From: Candidatus Hydrogenedens sp.
Lineage (GTDB): Bacteria; Hydrogenedentota; Hydrogenedentia; Hydrogenedentales; Hydrogenedentaceae
Assembly (NCBI GenBank): GCA_035361075.1
Contig: DAOSBX010000003.1
Location: 20,359 to 84,358, forward strand
Length of the DNA: 64,000 nucleotides
Direction: 5' to 3'
In this document: positions 27,611 to 35,154 of the stretch, piece by piece
Layout: every line of letters starts with the position of its first letter
How positions within the stretch are numbered: the first letter of the stretch is position 1
Program-made: the position numbers and the translations under genes
The notes under the pieces: model-generated
What the model saw: the letters and a program-made list of their open reading frames with translations, nothing else
What the model was told of the DNA's origin: nothing
Database searches by the model: none

Positions 27611-28375
27611 GTGAGAAGGATATTAGCGGTTGCATTAAATACGTTCAGAGAGTCCGTTCGTGACAAAGTATTATATGTTTTACTATTCTTCGCTCTGGTA
27701 ATTATTGTTGGCTCAAAGGCAATAGGCTGGATTAGTATTGGACAAGATATTAAAATCATTAAAGACCTTTCACTTGCAGGTATATCTGTATTTGGTGCAT
27801 TAATTGCTATTTTTGTTGGAACCAGTCTCGTTTATAAGGAGATTGACAAAAGGACAATTTATACCATCATTGCTCAACCCATTCACCGTTATGAGTTTGT
27901 CATTGGTAAATATATGGGATTATCAATTTTAATTGCGAATGTAGTGATTATTATGAGTTTAATATCTGCTGGTTATGTCTGGATTTTGGGAGGGGATATA
28001 AATTATTGGTATTTTATAGCCTCATTTTTAGTTCTTATGAAGTTACTATTAGTCACATCACTTGCTGTTCTCTTTTCGACATTAAGTTCACCTATTTTAG
28101 GGGCTATTATGGTTTTTTGTTTCTATGTTTTTGGACATGCCACTGGTGTCCTTATTGATTTACCAAAAATGTTTGAAGGGAGCTGGACAAAACCACTATT
28201 AGAAGGGTTGTACTATATCCTTCCAAACTTTGCTAACTTTGATATTCGGTCTGAAGTTGTCAATGGTGTGCCAATTTCATTTGCTTATGTTTTATATGTG
28301 GTTGTTTATGGAATACTCTATACTTTATTTTTCATATATCTTGCAATTTTAATGTTCCAGAAAAAAGATGTTTAA
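27611..28375 (+). CDS. ABC-2 family permease (NosY/GldF-like six-TM type)
   Basis: 254 aa with a GTG start 3 nt after the ATPase stop. The N-terminus LNTFRESVRDKVLY is typical of this permease family, and it has about 6 TMs. Confidence 0.7.
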   Translation: MRRILAVALNTFRESVRDKVLYVLLFFALVIIVGSKAIGWISIGQDIKIIKDLSLAGISVFGALIAIFVGTSLVYKEIDKRTIYTIIAQPIHRYEFVIGKYMGLSILIANVVIIMSLISAGYVWILGGDINYWYFIASFLVLMKLLLVTSLAVLFSTLSSPILGAIMVFCFYVFGHATGVLIDLPKMFEGSWTKPLLEGLYYILPNFANFDIRSEVVNGVPISFAYVLYVVVYGILYTLFFIYLAILMFQKKDV

Positions 28376-29411
28376 TTTTTCGCAAAAAAAAAGAAAAGGA
28401 CTTCATTTCTTCTTTCTTATTGTAGTACTTATTTTTGTTGTGTTATTACAGTATAAAATAAGTACTATTCAACGCACTTCATCTAAAGAGTTACTCTACC
28501 TCCCCAATGAAAAATTATTACGGTATTTTACGGCGGGATTAGACACGATTGTAGCCGATTTGTTATGGATACATTGCCTACTTTATGTAGGTTCTGAAAT
28601 CCACGGTGATTATAAATTTGAGTGGTTGGAAAAAATGTTAAATGCAGTTGTTCAGTTAGATCCATATTTTAGGGAGGTGTATCGTTTCGGCAGTATATTT
28701 TTATCGTCATTACGGGCGGACTCTGATGCTGCACTTAATTTACTACATCGTGGAATATATTACAGACCAGAAACATGGGATTTACCGTACGAAGCAGGTA
28801 TGATTTATCTGTTAAATAGGGCAAATCAACCAAACTCGAAGAAACTCGCAGGTTATTATTTTGCAATGAGTGCCGCTACAGGTAAAGCTCCCCAATTTAT
28901 CGTTGATTTAGCAGAAAAATTAAATTATGAGCATGATTTGATAGAAATAGAAAGAGATATGTGGTCTAAACTATTAAATAGTGAGGATAAATTGCTACGA
29001 GATTTAGCAGAACGAAAAATGATACAAGTGGAGATAAAACAAATATGTAGAGAACTAACAAAACGGTTGAAACAGTATGTCTCTCAGTATAATAAATTCC
29101 CTGAAGGGTTAGAGGAACTTGGTCTCGCAAAAGAGTCGATTATAGACCCATTAGGTGGAAAGTTTTTTATAACGAAATCAGGAAAGGTTGAAAATACAAC
29201 TATTTTGGATGAACAATTAGAAAGGAACAGGCATCTAATTGAAAATGGGATAAAAACTTTTTATGAGCGTTTTGGAAGGTATCCATTTACATTGCAGGAA
29301 TTAATTGAAAAACATGTTATGACCTTTATCCCTGAACAACCGTATGAAAACCGAGAATGGGATTACAATCCTAATATAGGTACCCTTAGTTGGCGACAAG
29401 TGAATAACTGA
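28368..29411 (+). CDS. Single-pass membrane protein: helical-repeat (TPR-like) region plus two C-terminal GspG-pseudopilin-like modules; function unknown
   Basis: 347 aa with an N-terminal anchor (LHFFFLIVVLIFVVLLQ) and no prepilin G/FTLIE motif. Two modules (LKQYVSQYNKFPEGLEELGLAKESIIDPLGGKFFI and IKTFYERFGRYPFTLQELIEKHV...) resemble the Y-x-x-x-x-G-x-(Y/F)-P-x-x-L-x-x-L...DPWG pattern of T2SS major pseudopilins. It overlaps the permease gene by 8 nt. Confidence 0.5.
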   Translation: MFNFSQKKRKGLHFFFLIVVLIFVVLLQYKISTIQRTSSKELLYLPNEKLLRYFTAGLDTIVADLLWIHCLLYVGSEIHGDYKFEWLEKMLNAVVQLDPYFREVYRFGSIFLSSLRADSDAALNLLHRGIYYRPETWDLPYEAGMIYLLNRANQPNSKKLAGYYFAMSAATGKAPQFIVDLAEKLNYEHDLIEIERDMWSKLLNSEDKLLRDLAERKMIQVEIKQICRELTKRLKQYVSQYNKFPEGLEELGLAKESIIDPLGGKFFITKSGKVENTTILDEQLERNRHLIENGIKTFYERFGRYPFTLQELIEKHVMTFIPEQPYENREWDYNPNIGTLSWRQVNN

Positions 29412-29422
29412 ATAAATCTATG

Positions 29423-30346
29423 TTATTCCAAAATGCCTTCAGTAGATATAACACTATCTTTTAGGTTTGTATTTGAAGGGATAGAGACATTATTTAGGAT
29501 AACGCATTTATCAAGGTTGCAATTATCTCCAATTTCAACATTATCCCCCAACACAGAATAAACAATGGAACAATTTTCGCCTACTTTGCAGTTTTTACCC
29601 TGAATCATATTCTTACCCTGTCTTGTTAGTTCAAGATGGCAACAAGTTATTAAGTCTTTGATATAAGTCAGATTTACATCCCATTCTACAATAGGTAATG
29701 CTTTTACAGAATACCCTAAGTCAATCAAGATTTGAATTGAATCTGTAAGTTCATACTCGTCTCTTAAGGCAGTTCGAGGTGTTCTATGAATTCCTTCAAA
29801 TATTCGCTCATCAAATAGATAAATTCCACAGCCTTTAATTTTTGTTTGGGGATATTTAGGTTTTTCAATAACCCGTGTTACATAACCTTCAGAATTGATT
29901 TGCACACTGAAATTTTTTCGAATGACTTCAAAATTTTGTTCTTCCTTGGTTGCTAAGATGCAAGCACAGGCTTCTTTTTTCATAATTTCACACATTTGGC
30001 TTAATTGAGGAGCGTGGAAGAAAATATCACCTAATATCAGTAAAAAAGGACTTGAAATATAAGGTTCCAACTGTCCTACTGCATGTGCCAATCCTAATCT
30101 CTTTTCCTGCTCCACATACCGAATATTTACTCCCCATTCACCACCATCGCCAATTGTTTGAATAATACGGTAACCTAAATGCCCAATAAGAATAATAATA
30201 TCTGTAATTCCTATTTGTTTAAGCGCTTCAATTTGGTAAGCAATCAAAGGTTTATTTGCAATAGGTACAATTGGTTTTGGATTTTGTTGCCCGAAAGAAC
30301 CTAACCTTGCTCCATGTCCTGCAGCTAATATAACTCCTTGATACAT
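29423..30346 (-). CDS. Sugar-1-phosphate nucleotidyltransferase with short C-terminal left-handed beta-helix
   Basis: N-terminus GVILAAGHGARLG....NPKPIVPIANKPLI (NTP_transferase G-x-G-x-R motif), with hexapeptide repeats at the C-terminus (VGENCSIVYSVLGDNVEIGDNCNL). Confidence 0.8.
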   Translation of the reverse strand: MYQGVILAAGHGARLGSFGQQNPKPIVPIANKPLIAYQIEALKQIGITDIIILIGHLGYRIIQTIGDGGEWGVNIRYVEQEKRLGLAHAVGQLEPYISSPFLLILGDIFFHAPQLSQMCEIMKKEACACILATKEEQNFEVIRKNFSVQINSEGYVTRVIEKPKYPQTKIKGCGIYLFDERIFEGIHRTPRTALRDEYELTDSIQILIDLGYSVKALPIVEWDVNLTYIKDLITCCHLELTRQGKNMIQGKNCKVGENCSIVYSVLGDNVEIGDNCNLDKCVILNNVSIPSNTNLKDSVISTEGILE

Positions 30347-30373
30347 GAAAATGTCCTCTTTTTGTTTGAAAAA

Positions 30374-31642
30374 TTAATATATATGTGAACCTAATGGTAA
30401 AACACGTATTAACTCTTCTAATGTTGTGATACCTTTCCTTGCTTTCTTTAAACCGTCTTCAGCCATTGTTTCCATTCCTAACGAAACTGCGAGTGTATGT
30501 AATTGTGACACAGTAGGATGCTTTAAAATCAACTCTTCAATTGCAGAGGTTACATACAATAGTTCACCGATACATGCTCTACCTCGATAACCTATATACT
30601 GGCATAAGGAACACCCTTTGCTTCTGTAAAAGGTTTCTTTGGTGTTTTTTAAGTCAAAAAAAGAATAAACAGATGGATGTGGATTATAAGTTTCAATGCA
30701 GTCAGGGCAATTAATACGAACTAATCGTTGTGCCAAACTTGCAATAACGGAAGATGCCACCAAATATGATTCAATGCCCATATCTATTAATCGTATAAAA
30801 ACACCTGCAGATGTTCCACTATGAATGGTACTTATGACGAGATGTCCTGTTAAGCCTGCCTGAATGGCAATTCTTGCTGTTTCATAGTCTCGAATTTCAC
30901 CAACCATAATAACTTCAGGGTCTTGTCTTAAAATAGAACGAAGTGCATTTGCAAATGTAAAGTCGACATGAGGATTAATTTGAATTTGAGAGATTTTATC
31001 CATCGAATACTCAACAGGGTCTTCAATAGTGACAATATTAGGTAAGTTTCGAGGAGCATTAATCATCTCCTGAATTAAGGCATATATCGTTGTTGTTTTG
31101 CCACTACTGCTTGGACCTGTGAGCAAAATAGTTCCTTGGTTTCTGCGAATAATTTCTTTTAATTTTTGTTCAACATTGGGTTGAAACCCAAGTACATCAA
31201 GATGAAATAACTCCTGGGTTTCTCCCAAAACGCGGATAACTACTTTTTCACCTTTTATTGTAGGTATTACAGAGACTCGCAGAGGATATTTACAAGAAGT
31301 TTTTGTTGGGTCTATCCTTCCATCTTGCGGTATATCTTTTCTGTAGATGACAAGGTCTGCTAATACCTTAATTCTTGCAACTAATTTTCCATGATATTCT
31401 TTTGGAATTAAGGCTACTTGGTGTAATATACCGTCAATGCGATAGCGTAAAGCAGTATGTTCTGTCCATGGTTCTAAATGAATATCACTCGAAATATGAT
31501 AAGCCCCTTGTGTAATTATGAAGTCGATTAGATCCGCAATTGTAGTTTCGTCACTCTCTTCTAACACAGTAGAAATATATCCTTGAATATCTGATAAAGG
31601 AACAATTTGTTTAGGTAATTTTTTATCTTTTGATTTTGACAT
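30374..31642 (-). CDS. GspE/PilB-family secretion ATPase (short form, orphan)
   Basis: 422 aa. Motifs: SDIHLEP, Walker A GPSSSGKTTT, Asp box TIEDPVE, Walker B VIMVGEIRD, His box LVISTIHS, and tetracysteine CPDC...CSLC. Confidence 0.85.
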   Translation of the reverse strand: MSKSKDKKLPKQIVPLSDIQGYISTVLEESDETTIADLIDFIITQGAYHISSDIHLEPWTEHTALRYRIDGILHQVALIPKEYHGKLVARIKVLADLVIYRKDIPQDGRIDPTKTSCKYPLRVSVIPTIKGEKVVIRVLGETQELFHLDVLGFQPNVEQKLKEIIRRNQGTILLTGPSSSGKTTTIYALIQEMINAPRNLPNIVTIEDPVEYSMDKISQIQINPHVDFTFANALRSILRQDPEVIMVGEIRDYETARIAIQAGLTGHLVISTIHSGTSAGVFIRLIDMGIESYLVASSVIASLAQRLVRINCPDCIETYNPHPSVYSFFDLKNTKETFYRSKGCSLCQYIGYRGRACIGELLYVTSAIEELILKHPTVSQLHTLAVSLGMETMAEDGLKKARKGITTLEELIRVLPLGSHIY

Positions 31643-31660
31643 ACAAATAACATCCTTTTT

Positions 31661-31669
31661 TGGTATAAT
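31661..31669 (+). promoter_or_regulatory. Extended -10 promoter element (TGGTATAAT) for the 31721 gene
   Basis: A perfect TGnTATAAT lies 52 nt upstream of the ATG at 31721, in the 78-bp divergent intergenic region. Confidence 0.35.
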
Positions 31670-31720
31670 ATAACAAAGTTTATTATTTTAACGGTAATAA
31701 AGTTTGGGCTAATAATAAAA

Positions 31721-32800
31721 ATGGATTATTATCCGACAATAGATGAACTTGTATATCTTTTTGCATTTGTATCACTTCTTTTGTTAGTGGGAAAATTTAT
31801 TAAAATAATATTTGTGCAGAAGAGAGAGAGTCCAAAAATATCTATTATTGTTGTTCTATGGTTGACCCTTTTAATTGTGTATATGTTATTTTCAGGGTAT
31901 ATGTATTTAAGAGCAGAACCATCACATCGAATTACTATTCTCGGATGGTGTTTACTTTTTTGGATTATCCCATTGTTTTACTATTCCTTTTTATTTCTTA
32001 ATGCTGTGTCCAGTCGCATAATGGAACAAATAAGTCCTGTTGGTGCTAAAATTGAAGACCCATCTCCATTTGCATCAGCAAGAAAATTAGCATTATTAGG
32101 TGATATTGATGGAGCCATAGAATTATATCGAAGTTATAAAACGCATCAAATAGAGGCTCTTTTTGAGGCTTTTCGGCTGTTAAAATCGAAAGGTAGATAT
32201 GAAGATGCTTTTAATATCCTTCAAGAAATTATTGATAAGTATCCCGACAGGTCGGATGCTTGGGTTGAAGCCAAATATTATCAAGCAAAAATTAAGGCGA
32301 ATATATATCAGCAGTTTTCAGAAGCAATTCAAATATATAAGCAAATACTGAAGAAAAGAACCAAAACGCCATTTCATTCTATTGCGGTTAATGAAATTGC
32401 TCGATTACAGGCAATACAAAAAACATCAGGAGTTGTTGAAGAGTCTGTGAAATCTGACATAGAAGAAACTCAGCCTGAAGAAAAATTAGAGCAAGTAGAA
32501 GAAACTCATTTGGGGAGAATGTCAAAAGATGGGAAGAAAAGATATTTACTTGCTATTGAAGATACTCTCTTTGGAACCTATGTTCCCCCAGACCCATTTT
32601 ACAAGGGAAAAGATGATAATAAAGATAAATTAGACACTGTTGAAATAGACAAGAAAAAGAAAGTAAAACAAAAAGTTTCTAAACAGAAACATGCTAAAAG
32701 TAAAGCAGTGTCTAATAAAAATGAAGAAAAAAATAAAAAGACACCTTCCCAAAAAAATCTTAGTAAAAAATCAACAAAGAAAAAGAGTGAAAAACTTTAG
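31721..32800 (+). CDS. Polytopic membrane protein with cytoplasmic TPR-like domain and extremely Lys-rich C-terminal tail
   Basis: 359 aa with 4 N-terminal hydrophobic segments, TPR-like helices (GDIDGAIELYRSY..., RYEDAFNILQEIIDKYPDRSDAW), an acidic stretch and a tail KKKKVKQKVSKQKHAKSKAV...KKSTKKKSEKL. Confidence 0.6.
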   Translation: MDYYPTIDELVYLFAFVSLLLLVGKFIKIIFVQKRESPKISIIVVLWLTLLIVYMLFSGYMYLRAEPSHRITILGWCLLFWIIPLFYYSFLFLNAVSSRIMEQISPVGAKIEDPSPFASARKLALLGDIDGAIELYRSYKTHQIEALFEAFRLLKSKGRYEDAFNILQEIIDKYPDRSDAWVEAKYYQAKIKANIYQQFSEAIQIYKQILKKRTKTPFHSIAVNEIARLQAIQKTSGVVEESVKSDIEETQPEEKLEQVEETHLGRMSKDGKKRYLLAIEDTLFGTYVPPDPFYKGKDDNKDKLDTVEIDKKKKVKQKVSKQKHAKSKAVSNKNEEKNKKTPSQKNLSKKSTKKKSEKL

Positions 32801-35130
32801 TTAATGTATCCGTAATATACGCCCATCCAATAGGGGAGAAGGAAGAACGTTCCTTCATTTTCGTTTACCCCATCCCTTCCTGAACAACTATTCAGTGTAA
32901 ATGGGTCATTATCATTACGGAGATGAGGTAATTCTTGAATAGGCAAAGCATACCCATCAATATGCCAACCTCGTACCCGTTCGGGGTGTCGGTCTGCGTC
33001 AAACACAACATCAAGCCTTTTCGTATTGTCCATACAATAAGAGATTAAATCTAAGGGGATTCCTTTTAAGGTTTCTAACGCATGCTCTAAAGCAATTTTA
33101 TTTGGTTCCGTATAACTCATCAACACCATTGGAACTAACCCAGGGACATCTGAATATAAGTCCTTAAAACGATTTTCTTGAACATGTTTTGAAAACTCTT
33201 TTGCACATGCAAGATATAGGAAATTCCAGAAAGGCTGTTTCATCCTTCCAGCATGTTGCCATGCATGGTCTACTGCAATTCGCCATAGAAGTAATTTTTC
33301 TGGGTCATTTTCATATCTAAAAATTCCAAACCAGCTCATAAGACAAAGATTATTATCCCACGGGACAACATAATCTGGTGGGAAATACATCTTCGATTGC
33401 ATTGCATTAATATGATAGAAATACTTGTTACATAACTCATTAAATTTTTCATTATAAATCTCATCCCCTGTAATATGATGTGCTACACGGAGAAAGGATA
33501 ACATCATCATAGAATTTAATCCACGTTGTTCCCAGCCTTTGAGTGAATGTAGCATTTCAGGGTTGAAAAAAGCCCAGCGGGTAGGTTTCCCATCATGGTC
33601 TATAAGGCAATAATTGTTTTGAATAAGATGGTCAGTTATTGTTTTAACCACTTCACGAACAGGTTGTTTTTCTTCTTCATTTTCAGCTACAAGGTCGTAA
33701 TAAATTCCATAAAAGAAGTAGTGTCCTGCTAATTCGTCAGAACTTGTATCACATTTCCACATATATTTCCCATCAGAGGATGTTACAAATCGGGGTACAA
33801 TCTGTTTCCACAGGGGGTCGGTTATTTGCCTACGTGCATTATATTCTTTTCCCATTAGTTCATTTACAGGTTCACGCCAGTCTATGGGAATAAGGACTCG
33901 TGCAGGGAAACCTCTTCCTGTAATGTCAACAAGCCGTTTACATGCAAAGAAACTTCTTTTTGCAATTTCTTTTGATTGTAAGTCTTTTGTAACTGCATAA
34001 CGAAAGGCATGAACCGCACCGTACATAGATGTATATAGCCCGTCATTATCAGATATTTCCGATTCCCATGTGTCAGTATTATAAGGCTCGAGAAGTCTAC
34101 ATTCGGCAATATAACCGTCACGATTATGACGTTTTTCAACCTGTTGAATAAAATAATCAGATTTCTCTTCTAAGGTCATGATTTTCCGTTCAATTAGAGA
34201 GAGTCCATCAGGTGTGGCAAACCACGCATTACCATTGGGTTCAATTGCAATAGAATTGACATGGTCATTTAAGAGCCAGCGATGGCTAAAACGGTAACTG
34301 AATTTGTTTTGTTCATACCTTATTGCACCTCGTTTAGTGGCAAACCAAACGATATCATCCTTTTCTCCAGCCACGGCAGAGATAAATTCATTCCATGGGA
34401 GTCCCTCTTTCCCTGTAAATAGGCTCCATGAATTGCCATTATATTTTCCAACACCTTCTTTGGCTCCAAACCATAAATTGCCCTGATTGTCATAAACTAA
34501 CGCATGAACATCCCGAGGTGCCCAACGGCGATTCTCATCTTCAGGTAGTAACCATACCCATTCTGCTTTTGTATTGTCATATTGGTAAATACCTTCTTTT
34601 GTTCCTATTGCAAGTTCGTTGTTTTCCCCTATAGCAATAGAATAAATATCAACACCGGGTCCTTTAATTATCTTTTGCTCTGTTTGGGTTATTTCTAAAA
34701 TATTTTTCCCACAATTTACATATAACTTTGAATTAAAACAGTATAGGTCTGTGATGTTATCATGAGCGGGTAAAGAAATATCACTCCATTTCTTATCATT
34801 AAAGTTATACTCATTTACCTGCTTTTCATCAGCGATGTATAATTTATTTTCAGCTGATGAGATATATAACGGCTTAAAAGGAATGTCTTTTAGTTCTTCC
34901 CATTTATTATTTTGATATATTTGTATCATGCCAGATTGAGTTAATATAACAATGCCTATGTTAGGCAAATAGAGGACATCCTTTACATTATTTTCTACCA
35001 ATCCTTCTTTATCTCTGAAAAAGGTCCTTACTTCCTGAACGAAATTCTCATTTCTTTGAGAAATAGAAAAAGTATCGGTAGTGAGTATAGATAGTGAAAT
35101 AAGAATAGCGATAAAAATAACGTTTTTCAT
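32797..35130 (-). CDS. Secreted protein: N-terminal beta-propeller (two-component-regulator-propeller-like repeats) + C-terminal helical, possibly (alpha/alpha)6 glycoside-hydrolase-like domain
   Basis: 777 aa with a signal peptide. Repeats of the type NLWFGAKEGVGKYNGNSW / DIVWFATKRGAIRYEQNKF / NAWFATPDGLSLIE. The C-terminal half is rich in W/Y/H/D (DNDGLYTS, TSSDELAGHYFFYG). No family could be named. Confidence 0.55.
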   Translation of the reverse strand: MKNVIFIAILISLSILTTDTFSISQRNENFVQEVRTFFRDKEGLVENNVKDVLYLPNIGIVILTQSGMIQIYQNNKWEELKDIPFKPLYISSAENKLYIADEKQVNEYNFNDKKWSDISLPAHDNITDLYCFNSKLYVNCGKNILEITQTEQKIIKGPGVDIYSIAIGENNELAIGTKEGIYQYDNTKAEWVWLLPEDENRRWAPRDVHALVYDNQGNLWFGAKEGVGKYNGNSWSLFTGKEGLPWNEFISAVAGEKDDIVWFATKRGAIRYEQNKFSYRFSHRWLLNDHVNSIAIEPNGNAWFATPDGLSLIERKIMTLEEKSDYFIQQVEKRHNRDGYIAECRLLEPYNTDTWESEISDNDGLYTSMYGAVHAFRYAVTKDLQSKEIAKRSFFACKRLVDITGRGFPARVLIPIDWREPVNELMGKEYNARRQITDPLWKQIVPRFVTSSDGKYMWKCDTSSDELAGHYFFYGIYYDLVAENEEEKQPVREVVKTITDHLIQNNYCLIDHDGKPTRWAFFNPEMLHSLKGWEQRGLNSMMMLSFLRVAHHITGDEIYNEKFNELCNKYFYHINAMQSKMYFPPDYVVPWDNNLCLMSWFGIFRYENDPEKLLLWRIAVDHAWQHAGRMKQPFWNFLYLACAKEFSKHVQENRFKDLYSDVPGLVPMVLMSYTEPNKIALEHALETLKGIPLDLISYCMDNTKRLDVVFDADRHPERVRGWHIDGYALPIQELPHLRNDNDPFTLNSCSGRDGVNENEGTFFLLPYWMGVYYGYIN

Positions 35131-35154
35131 GATATGGCTCCTTATATCTGTTTG

